A DNA stretch of 64,000 bases from Klebsormidium nitens (Eukaryota; Plantae; Klebsormidiophyceae), in contig DF237185.1 in NCBI GenBank assembly GCA_000708835.1, forward strand, positions 71,764 to 135,763, given 5' to 3'. This document shows, one piece after another, positions 13,207-24,125 of this stretch (position 1 is the first letter of the stretch; the number at the start of each line of letters is the position of its first letter). The translations under genes were made by a program, and so were the position numbers. A model generated the notes under the pieces. It did not search any database. It had not been told where the DNA came from and worked only from the letters and a program-made list of their open reading frames with translations.

Positions 13207-14108
13207 AAAAGCATGCACTACAGAATTTTCTTATCTGGTTTCGGGACCCTGGTAGGAAAAGAGAGTACACTTGGACAAAGAACAGATTGTAGATACGTAT
13301 AGTAGAAACCAGGTGACAAAAGCCACCAGACGAATCACAGTATGTGAGCATCCGAATATTGAGAGCAGGAAGCAGGAGACTGGTGCTTGGGTGTTTATGA
13401 TGTTGCCAGGCCCTATTGTTGTGCGTGTAAGATTGCTGCATGGGTGCCGGAAGTGTGAACTTGATCGATGTTGGATTGCACATGCGGCCAAGTCTGATAC
13501 CCAGTGATTCGGCGCAGGAATAGCGGACAGAAGCATAAGCTGGGGCCGCCGACTCGATGGGCTGCCGCGCGCGTTATAAAGGTACCGGGCCCGTCTGTCG
13601 ACCTCGGTTCAAGTAGTCCCTGGCTAGACGTAACTAGATTCGGGAAAACGACCACTTCATGCAATTGCTGTTTGCACGTTGGTCCCGCTCCAATGACAAC
13701 ATGTGCCGGCGCCGCTGTGCACGATAAGCAAGATGCAAGAGGTCATGTCAATCAAAGCACCGTAACATATGTAGCATGCATGCACATGCAGACCTTGTCC
13801 GCCCGCGGCAATCATAATCATGTAGTGACCAGAGTCGTGAGTTGCGGTGCATCATCATGGCATCTATTCACGTGGCATTCACCTATTATTCTTGGTTATG
13901 AAGAAGGAGGGTCATAGCACAGACTTGCCCTTATGCGAGCTTGATGCCGTGCCACAACCAAAAGCAAGCAAGGGCGGCCTTTTCGTTTTTGTGCTACGTA
14001 TGCCTCGCTGAGTTGTCCCCTCTAGCTGGACAGCCAGCACTCAAATGTTACATGTTTCTGCAGTGAAAGGTGTCCGTTCTCCCTTCGTCCCAAACAATAA
14101 GCCCTTTG

Positions 14109-16917
14109 TTATTCTTTCTCAAGAAACTGGCTGAGCACTTTGACAAAACTAGCGACCGAGACGTTTTGTTTGAGGCGCCTGTCAACCACGAAGACGTTCC
14201 TCAGCTCCAGGGCGGCATCCTTCAGCAACCCGTCCTCTATTTTCTCCAGGAGGTCCCTCTCAAACACCACCTCGTCCATCATGACCGTGAACTTGACGTC
14301 GTATGCCTCTCTCTGAATATTTGTGTATCCCGCCCAAACCAACTTTCCGCCGGTAGCAATGTGAAAGAATACATACAACAACGACTCAAGATCGTTCGAC
14401 ACCCACGCCGCCTCCTCCTGAAAGGGCGCCCCGACCGACTTCAAGCCACCTAATCGATGCCGCAGGAGCGTCAGGCTCATAAATGTGGGAGTCCCCGTTG
14501 GCCACTCCCCTGCTCCGATTGCCTGAAAGGACCACGGCCACATTAGAAGAAAGCGCCTTCTGAACAGATTGGGATCCTAACTGTAAAATGCTGCTTGAAG
14601 GTGAGGCGCATCGAGATGGCATGGGAAATGGTCCTCCAGTCCAGCCCAATAAAAGCAACCATAACCTTTTGTCTTTGCTGGCGTGAAGGGCTGCTGGTCC
14701 AACGTGCTCTTGGCAGGCTGAGATGTAAAGAGATCACATAAGAGAAGTGATTTCAAGATCTCGTACTTACTTCTTGCAGACGCCGCGCTGCGCCGAAGTC
14801 AATCAGTCCAGCGTGCCCGTCCGGAAAGACCTGCGCGTTGGCGTACGAGATGTCGCCGTGGGACCAGCCCGCTGCGGCAAGCTGTCCGATGATCTCAGCA
14901 ATCTGGAGGACGTGTCGGAGCACGTCCGCTGCTGGTCCGCTGGGCAGGGGCACTCCGCAAGGCTGCAGGATCAACCACTCATGCCCACAGTCATCGACGC
15001 CCTTGCCCACGGCGCGTACGATGTGCTGGACCTGGCCCTCAAGCGCTTTGAGGGCCTCTTCCTGGGGAGGAATGTTGATGCGATCGATAGCATTCTGAGA
15101 AGTCAGTGTGCGGTTATTCAGCAGCATATTCGGAGGCCAGCCTTTTCTTTGGCAGACAACTTGCACCACAGAAAAAGTGGTCCGTTTTGATCAACAATCT
15201 GCAATGATGCAGTTGAAGGCAGCAAAACTCGAGGGCAGTACTAAGAAAACGAAAGTGACGATGTGCCGCAGGCTATCCCAACGAGAGGCAGGGCAATCAG
15301 GGAAAGGATATTGAATGGGGCAGATCAATTGAGTCACCAGCCATCGCACAAACTCACATGAGCTCTGCTATTTCCTGAGATTAGACTTATAAGATAACAA
15401 CAACTTTCGTCGGCTGCCGTACACAACATGCTGAACTCAGGTTGCTCAAGAGCGCGGGTTGTTAGCCCTCCAAAGGGCTGCCTATAATCACTCATGTGCA
15501 TTGCAACGCCTTATGCGGTGCTTTATATAGGTTCAAGATCATTACTGACACTTACGTGACACCCGTCTCTCAACTGCAAACACTCAAAAGATCATCGCAA
15601 ACAGATCCCTGACCGGCACCGTATGAAAATGGCCAAACTCTACGCATCCGCGTCCTTGATTTGGTGTCATCAGTAGCAGCAGGAACAGATTTTGATGGTA
15701 CTCACCTCGCGCACAATCTGATAGGACCGCTTGGCAACAACCTTCTTGCCCCTCAGCATCCCCAACAGGACTGTCGTAGATTTCTGGATCGGAGAACTCA
15801 AGGGGCCATCACCCGCATCTAGCCGCCGCACATCGGTCAGGAGCTCTCCTTCAACTAACACCGCAGGTAGAGTAACACTCTGGTACCCTAGACTCTCTGG
15901 CGACGTGGAAGCCAAGCGGACAAGCAGCTGCAAAGCGTCCGAGTCCTTAGACCAATCCAAGGGCAGGATGCCAGAGGACCAGAACATTTCTGTGCCGGCT
16001 TTCCAGGACCATAGCTCGACACCGTCAGCACCACCTGCCAATGCATAGAACTCGGTGCGTTCTGGCTGCTGAGGGAAGAGCAGACTCTGCATCCTTTCGC
16101 TGCACTGGGAGATCGCTTCGTGATGCAGCGCTCCCGGCCTTATCAATTTCTTTAGGCTGGTTGTGAGAACCAAGTATGCAGCGAGCTTGTCACTGGTCTT
16201 GCTGATACCAATGTCCGGCTTTTTCAGCCCGTAACCACTCTCCGAGCTGTCAACTACGAAAACACTGTGCGGGTTCTTATTTAATCGGAGAAGGGACCGC
16301 CAAAGGGTCATGAAAAAGCTCTGCGCATCGCGCTCTTGAAGTGACGTCCTGACCCGCTGTAGCTCCTGCCACGCACGTGCAGCGTCTTCATCCTGGAGGA
16401 GAGAGTCCAGGAGAGTGTGACTCAGAGGTGCAAGTGTCTTTTCAAAAGCTGTTTTGCTGACTCTGCCCCCCTCAGTCACTGACTCTAGGATTCTGCTCCC
16501 AATCTCATTTGGCGTCTTATAAGAGTGCAGCTTGAGACGTTGCTCTGCCGCCCGGGCCGCTTCCTGCGCCTTGGTGAACTCTTCCAGCTGCTGTTTGTAC
16601 GAATCCAACTCTGCCTTCCTCAATCTTTCTTGCTCAACTTTAAATGCTTCCAAGTCCTCGACCGTTGCACTCCTTCCACTGCTCCTTGCTGCGTGCCGCA
16701 CAACCCATATTCTTGATCTCCATGTCAGCAGTCTCTTTCTGTTTTCGTTCAGAGGGGCCCAAGCAGGAATAGAACTGTCCCACACATATTTTGAGCAGTC
16801 TGGAAACAGCTTCTCCAGGGCGTCAAGCGGGTCGCCGTCTAAAGTCTCCAGAACCCGACAATCGTCTGGCACTGGCTCCACAGCATCAGGATCCCTAACA
16901 GCATATAATACTTCCAT
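14109..16917 (-). CDS. fungal-type (FunK1-like) protein kinase with an N-terminal restriction-endonuclease-like domain (Crinkler/CR-type architecture); exons 16917(or 16941)-15706, 15061-14771, 14522-14109
   Basis: Three ORFs join through phase-0 GT-AG introns. Kinase motifs are VVAK, HGDISYAN, LIDFG, GTPTFMS and NDLESLLYV. Upstream lies KKPDIG...TTSLK...EAISQ...QQPERTEFY, which is REase-like. Confidence 0.85.
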
Positions 16918-17160
16918 TGTCTCTCTCAGCTGTCGCCACAAAGAATGAGCCCAACGACTCCTCCAATTGGTCTCTAGACTCTAGCCTCTATCAAGCTCGA
17001 GTCTTCCCATTGGCATGAAACACTTGGGCCCGGTTCAGCAGAGCTCTGCTTTTGTTGCGCCCGACAGTGACAGCTGCGCTCAGGCCGCGCGCAGGACTTG
17101 CCGAAGTCCTGCAAACCCTCGATATGGACGATCGAGGAAGATTGGACGGTTGAGATGTCT

Positions 17161-17188
17161 TCTTTTTATAGTACATAATATAAAAAGA
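17161..17188. promoter_or_regulatory. back-to-back TATA boxes forming a perfect 10-bp inverted repeat (TCTTTTTATA-8nt-TATAAAAAGA)
   Basis: Seen directly. The + strand TATA begins 32 bp upstream of the tRNA 5' end, a typical position for plant-type Pol III tRNA genes. Confidence 0.55.
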
Positions 17189-17210
17189 TGGTTGTGCATT
17201 CATCGAGGTC

Positions 17211-17284
17211 GACCTGTTGGCCCAATTGGATAAGGCGCGAGCCTACGGAGCTCGAGATTCTGGGTTCAAGTCCCAGGCAGGTCA
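17211..17284 (+). tRNA. trnR-ACG: tRNA-Arg (anticodon ACG)
   Basis: Cloverleaf: acceptor stem GACCTGT/GCAGGTC, D-arm TGGCCCAATTGGATAAGGCG, anticodon stem CGAGC-CT ACG GA-GCTCG (ACG at 17245-17247), T-arm CTGGG-TTCAAGT-CCCAG. Confidence 0.97.
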
Positions 17285-17286
17285 GC

Positions 17287-17290
17287 TTTT
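17287..17290 (+). terminator. Pol III oligo-T terminator of tRNA-Arg
   Basis: TTTT lies 3 nt after the discriminator base. Confidence 0.55.
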
Positions 17291-18453
17291 GCTGACCCTT
17301 TCAAACTTTTGCACTGGTCCTACAGCAAAGCGCCACTCTCCTCGCTTCAAAGTCTTGCGTTTTATGCACGAGTCAAGCTCACGAAACAACCTTTCATGCT
17401 CTATGTGCTTGCTCCAAACAGCTACTTTCAGGAAGGAAGCCTTTACAGTCTTCGAAAGCAGACTTCGTTCAAAAGTTCCCTTCTTCCCCCCTTCTTCCTT
17501 CGCCAAACCTTTGCCAGAATCTTTCCAAAGCTTCTTCACAACGGAAGCATTTTTCAAGCGGGGTTTGATTCACTCTAACTTCCATACCATCTTTTTAAAC
17601 AGCAGGAGAGTTTTTCTAAATAGAAAAGAGTTTTCGACCCTTCGTGCTGCCCTTCAAAGTGATCTCCTCAAGTGCTTCCACCATCGGATTTGGGAAGAAA
17701 GAAACAAAGTAGTCGATCAAACGGACTGGTCCTTTGGCTCAAAAGTCGAGCGTATTTATGATGATTCGCAAGATTCAATTCCTTGACGCTTTGAACAACC
17801 CAGACTCCAGCCCTTGTCTTGTCCAATCAATCTGTCTTGGACGAATCGTCAACAGCGAACGCCCGGTAGACGAAGCCGTTATGCTGCTCACTGTGTCCCT
17901 GGTATGCAATGGGCCAATAAAGCAATCTGGTGCGCTGCGGGTTTGCACACTGCTGCATCTGATGATCAGCCAGGCTGTAATAGTTGAAGCTGGTTGGCTG
18001 CCCGTTGGCTGCTGGCTTCTCGGCTTCGAGCCTGCTCATTGAAGGCTTCGTGTTCCTAACATCACTCAGTTTCACCAGATGGCCAGCGGCGTACTGCCTG
18101 ATTCGCTTTGTGTGAGCTTGCTGAGGCATGCCCATCGCCCAGCTATAGCTGAATCTGTATCCGCACCAGGAAGTTAAGAATCCGGTTAAGACCTCGGAAC
18201 CACTCAGAACCGAAGTTTGTTGCCCTGAGGCTGAGGTATCAAAACTGACAACCATAACCGGAAAACCCACCATACAATTCTGTGAAGTGCTGCTGGGTTT
18301 CCGATTGCTTTATGCAACGGTGAAATTCAGGATAATCTTCACTTTGCCACTCTCCTTGCTTCTTGTTCTCCTTTGCTAGGGCGCCTTTTTGCTGGACATC
18401 GCTTGCGGTCCGTGCTCAAAGTTGTACTCTTCCCTATTCTCATCTTGGTCATA

Positions 18454-21400
18454 ATGGCAGCAGTTTCGGCGCGTTCAGCTCTGCCTTCCTTGAAACAGAA
18501 TCATGTATCGCCGCACCGGGTGCAGTCTGTAGAGACAGCGGTGCTACCGTCTTGCTGCAATTACAAGAAACAAGGACTGTCATTGTCTAGAGCTTGTCAA
18601 AATGTTGCAAAGAAAGGTTTGGGGGGCTTCTCAGCATTGCGCACGCTGTCAGCTTGGGGCGGGAAGCAGCACTTGGGACAGTTTCCTGCAGGTCTCTTGC
18701 AAGGTAAGAGGCAAAAGGATCTTGGTTCAAATCGTGTTCAAGGCTGGGCTTTTGTATCCGCATATGTTGATTATTTGTACCTTCTATGCAACCTTGAGCA
18801 AGTTTTAGGTTCACATCTATCAGTCTCGCTTTTTTCAAAGTGAGAACATTGCTTTTTGCAATGCTGTTAGTGGAACTGTGAAAGAGCTTGCGGCTTGCAT
18901 CTGACTCTGCTTGGTAAATAGCTGAGAACTACCTGCATGAACCTTGGACCTATATTGCCTGTGCAACATTGAGGGCCATAACGCTTCACTTCTTGTTGCA
19001 TAGAATTTACCTTCCTGGCAATAAGCAACTTTCTTTTTTGCACCAATCGTTTCAGAGTTGCACACACCATGGATACAGTCAATTGAAAATGACGTGGAAT
19101 CAGTGGCGCAGTGGCAATTGCTTAAGAGCTTTTTACAGTGCCTCGTAACCAGGACGCAAGGCCCTGTCAAAAGGCCAGAGTACACTTTTAAAGCAGGATG
19201 CATCTCTTACAACACTAAGCTGAGGCGCTTCATGTTGCACTGCTGCCTTTTGTTACACTGCGACAGAAGAATAGGCTTCGCTTCAGTCTGGGAGCCCTCA
19301 GAACCCAAGAGGAATCTGGGTGTCAATAGTCATCAAAGTTTGAGGTGCTTCAAAGCAATATCTGACAGAGTGCCATTCCTGAGTTCCAGCAAACAAGGCA
19401 TCGACAATTACAACAAAGGAGTATGATACGCCATTAATCACACGTGCTCATTAAAGCAGCAGGTATACAGGCCACGTGCTTCTTGCAGTCTGCTAGCAAA
19501 AGCTAGTGGGCCTAGGGGTCTCAGTGTTCTACTGATGGATAGTGCAGAGGCCTAAGGTGAAATACCCCGCCTCTACACTATCGTGACTAGGACTAATACG
19601 AGAGGCGTTCTAGCAGGGCCGCCAAGGGGGCTCGTTTGAATTTTGTTTCTTTGGTTGAAGTTCGTATGGGAAAGGGAAAGGATACCCTTCTTTCTGGACT
19701 ACTGAACACTCGCAGCCGTACTGCACGCGAGCAATATTTCTTCACCCAGATACAGTTACATCCTAAGGTCCTTGCAAGGGCGTTTCTTTGGAGTTCTTTT
19801 TACCATCTTACCACTCAACCGACACAAGCTTCATAAGATTTAAGTATTGCCCAGGCAGATGAGTTTAATGAGGTTTGTGTCACTGCAGGCACATCACGAC
19901 GAGGCGTTTCTAGAACAGCCGCCAGGGGTCTCGTCACCGCATCGTTGCTTGGAGTGGGGGCCCCGGAGGCCCTTGTGATTGGCGTTGTTGCGTTGCTCGT
20001 CTTCGGGCCGAAGGGACTGGCCGAGGTTGCGAGAAATCTGGGCAAGACGCTCAAGACGTTCCAACCGACGATCAAGGAACTCCAGGTGGGGGCCTTTTCT
20101 CCGGTCCTCACTTGCTCTCTCATTCGTTTTGTTTGTTGCAAAATGCTCAAAGCCGGATTCCAGAGCAAAGACTGTTGTGAGATTGCAGACTTTGTCACTT
20201 TGCTCCCAGATTTTTGATAGTCAACTTGGAGACATGCAAATCTCCCGACTTGTGAGATTGCTGTTCGTTTACGTTGGAAAGAGAGCTTGTGCTTCCGACT
20301 TTCAGACTTCAGGATGATCCCAAAGTCACTTTCGATAAGTGCATGTCTTGTCAGGGCCAACTCGTATCGCTCGCAAAATTAAGTTGCTGTACAGGCCAAA
20401 CGTCATTCCTTCTTGCACTTGAGAATGTGTGATCTCCACGATAGCACTTCTGTCCGCCCTTCCCCAGTGCCACATAACCCAAATTGGTGGGGATCACGGC
20501 TGTCAAGCAGGCCCCACGAGTCTCATCCCGGTTTCTCTCTCCCCTTGCAGGACGTATCACGGGAGTTCAGAAGCACACTGGAGCAAGAGATTGGGCTTGA
20601 CGAAATAAGGGACCCGTACAGAACCCCACCTCCCCCCCCCCAGCAACCAGCTTCCCTGCCCACTTCAGCTACCCCCCCGGCAGCAGAAGCCGCACCCAAG
20701 CCAGCTCCGGGCAAAGAGGAAGACCGACCATGTAAGCCTGTTCTCCAACCAGGGTTTCGGGTATGTTTTTCGGGCTTGGCCCAAGCATTTTATTGCGACT
20801 GGTGCCAGAGACTGCGATTGGCCGCGAAACGGTCCGGAAATTCGGTCTCTCCAGAAGAAAACCTATGTTTGCTGCGTCAACATACCATGACAGCGACGTC
20901 CCTAGGTTTCGTGTTGCGGTCCTCTGTTTGATAGGATAGTGCATCCTTTCGTGGCACCGTTGGGCTAAGCACTCCTCCTCTGTCACTTTCCGAAGCACTG
21001 GTAGACGCATTGCAGCGACACAGTGGAGTCCCGCGTTAGATACATTAAAGTCACTCATTGATGACGGGTGCCGGCCGGGCTCCAAAGGCTTTACTGTGAC
21101 ACGATGGATCTTTGCGAGGAACAGAGATGATATTTGATTGAAAGGTTCTAATGTACAAACCCGTTCCCTTACCCTTGCGGTCAACCGGTCTTATGTACCG
21201 GCTTCGACCCTTTTTTACGCCTCAGGAAACGGCTGCTTTGAAATCACATTCAATTGTCGTTTCGCAAGAGACCCGTTGCTGAAAGGTCCTCTTTTCGGGG
21301 TTAGTCTGTTGCAAACGGTCAGGGGACTTAGTCTGTTGCAAACGGTCACGGTCAGTTGTGTTCTGCAGCGCCGCGTGCTTACACCACCGACGAGATGTTG

Positions 21401-22588
21401 CGGGTAACGGAGGACCAAGCGAAGGCGTTGGTTTCGGAGGATAAGAGAAAAGGTGAGACTTGAGTGACGGGTTCGGCTGAACTGGTGGCGACTAAGCGCA
21501 ACGACTGCCTTGGTTCAAGGATCGATGCTTACCTACTCTGCTGAGTGCGAGAGCGGTTCAGGAGAATCGGTAGGAGAAAAGGATTAAGGAATGGGGTATG
21601 GGCGCTGATGGGACTACACTGCGTTTACACAAGGTGCAAAGTTTACATTGTTCACTTTTCAGAAAAGCGTTTCGGTCCCCAATTGCTTGACTGGTACCAT
21701 ATTACGCGAATACTAAGAAGTAGTATAACGGTACAGCGCAAGGGCTTCGTGTCCAATTCCGGGCTTCATCCCTCTGTCCGAGATGGAAGCGCACTTTCGT
21801 GCTCAGGCTGTGTCTTCCGATAAGCACAAGAGCCGTTGACTTCGTATATTTCCCCGTTTCCTTTCGAGTTTGTTGTTTCAATGTTGTGATGAAGTAAAAG
21901 TGTGGTGTCGTTTGACTGCTTGCAAAAAGTCAGAGTGGTCAGACTGTGCAGCTTGAAGATTTGGCCTCCATAGCAATATAAGGAGCCGCCTTGTGTTCCT
22001 GCTTCTGACATGCTTTGAGAGGCATGCCTCCGTAAGTGAGTCGAAATTTGGCTATAAGGGGTTAGCGGCGACCAAGATTGGTGAGCGTCAGCTCTGTCCT
22101 CAGCCGTGCACCATGCGCATTGCTTCGCTTGATCTATGGCTTTCAATAAATACGCTGGGCATACTACTCGATCGGAGCAAGCGTGAAGCCTGCGGTCGGG
22201 ACCGGAAAAGGAGAGGGTGTAGAATCAAGCACACGGTGGTCGTTGCAACATTTGACCGTCCTTCTCTGACCTTCACTGACCGTAACTTGCTCTGTGGCTG
22301 ACGTTCGACCACCTATTTGTCCTGTTGTTAACGCGACGTCTGACCATATGTTTGACCTCGTCACTTTACTGTGGTCGATGCGACAAGTGGCCAGCTGTCT
22401 GACCGCGTCACTTTCCTATGATTGACACAACTTCTGACCATACTTCTGATCACGTCACTTTTCCTGGATCAGCTGCGGAGGCTGCTGCTTGGGGCGGTCA
22501 AGTACCAAGTGCACGGGCGAACGACGGGGCCGCAGAGAAGCCTGCGGAAGCAGAAAAAGTGGGGAGCACGAAAGAGTCGTCGTCATGA
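18454..22588 (+). CDS. HCF106: thylakoid Tat translocase subunit Hcf106 (TatB homologue); exons 18454-18703, 19889-20085, 20551-20731, 21369-21452, 22473-22588
   Basis: Transit-peptide-like exon 1, then LLGVGAPEALVIGVVALLVFGPKGLAEVARNLGKTLKTFQPTIKELQ|DVSREFRSTLEQEIGLD and AYTTDEMLRVTEDQ. All junctions are in frame. Confidence 0.92.
21301..21348. repeat. 27-bp intronic tandem duplication (ttagtctgttgcaaacggtc...)
   Basis: Two adjacent near-identical units lie just upstream of the 21369 acceptor. Confidence 0.75.
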
Positions 22589-24125
22589 GCTGTCATTCGA
22601 TGGTCAACTTTTTTGGGAATCTGATTGCATCACTGTTGAACTTGTGTAGGCTTGAAGAACGGTTTGAAATATTATGCGTGCATGAGAATGAGCCTATTCT
22701 GATTCAGGTTGCAAGATGACGCAGTTGAGAGCAGCGGTCGGAAAGATATGATAGGCTTGTAAAATAGTGGTAATTTGGCACCATTCAGCTGCTCTCAAGC
22801 CGTCGCAGGACATTGTTGTAATCCCTGCTCCCAAAGCACTGCATTTTCGATGGTAGGTCGGCCTACATCGGGCATGCTCGGGCTGGCGGCCGCCATGACG
22901 AGTCACAGATGGAATCGCGTTTCGCCTCCATGATTAGCCTAGGCCGGGAGCGCATCATGCGTGGCGGGTCAAAGTATCCAGGCAATATGGCCGCCACGTA
23001 AATCAGCATTACTAGCTAGTATGGGGCGCCTGGCCAGCTATACATTGAGTCTCTGATCGACGTGACTAGCTCATGGTGGCAGTGGTCGGGCTAGGTACGC
23101 ACTGCACTAATTTGTGCCATAGCTTTCAATTCTTTTGCACAGCTATTCAATTGCACTATCCAAGAGAGTCATTTGCCCAGAATATGAATGTCCGGGTCTG
23201 CCGTCATGACGATCTGACACGTTCAATGCACGTATACTCCACTCGATTATATAGAAACTAAAGTGGCGCATGCAATCCAAAGTGACCGCAGGCGAGCGTC
23301 ACTGTCACATATGCAGTATATGGCTGCGGTATACAAATCATGCAATTGATCGAAACTACCAATTATACCGTTATACGTGCCGGGGCAAACTAAGATATTT
23401 GAGATCCCCAACGCGCTCTGCAATTAATGGATCATGCATTTGAGCTAGCCCGTAAATAATCTCGTATGCAGCGCATCAAATCTCAACTAACTATACAGAA
23501 AGAGCTTATTGCGAGAGAAATAATTCCCATCAGGAACAGTGTGCAGTCGCGGCTGCGTGGACGTGGTTAGATTAAAAGAAGTCAACGCAGCAACCTGGGC
23601 CCAGGACTTCGAGTCGGCCAGGACAGCGCTGCGCGGCAGTGCATTTGTCAAAGCACTGATGGAAGTGCCCAAATCATGGATGAAGGCATCCGATAATGGA
23701 CGGATCCAACCTATTGCAGGCTAGCCTAACCTGAGTCCGACTCACTGCACCTAGATTACCTTTTTATATCGAACAGAATCACATTGTGAGCTCCAGGGGC
23801 CTACCGTACATTGCATGTGTACTTTTGATTCGACAAACTCGCGCGAAGCCTCACCGTCTAGGTCTAATTGCCATGCGCCCTATCCCTACCCTCCAAAGCA
23901 CAACAAGGCCTGGCATAAGCTCATCCATGACTGTGGATCAGTCCTAACAAAGGGTGGCCTCCCCAAATTCTTCTAAATCCTACTCACTAAATACCAGTAA
24001 GCAAGTAACACTGTAAGCAGATACGTGCTCTGCTGCTCTGCTGTCCACCTCTATGCTGTCACCGTCTACATGTAAACGGATCACGGCGGCTAGATAGAAC
24101 GCCAAATGTTCCTACCAATCTAGAA

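Noticed and set aside
17217-17786. 189-aa + strand ORF
   Set aside because: It starts inside the tRNA gene at a non-ATG codon and has no recognisable motifs, so it is a likely chance ORF.
18835-19203. Minus-strand ORF with CxC / CxHG pattern suggestive of a KDZ transposase
   Set aside because: It lies within HCF106 intron 1, and the other expected motifs are not recognisable.
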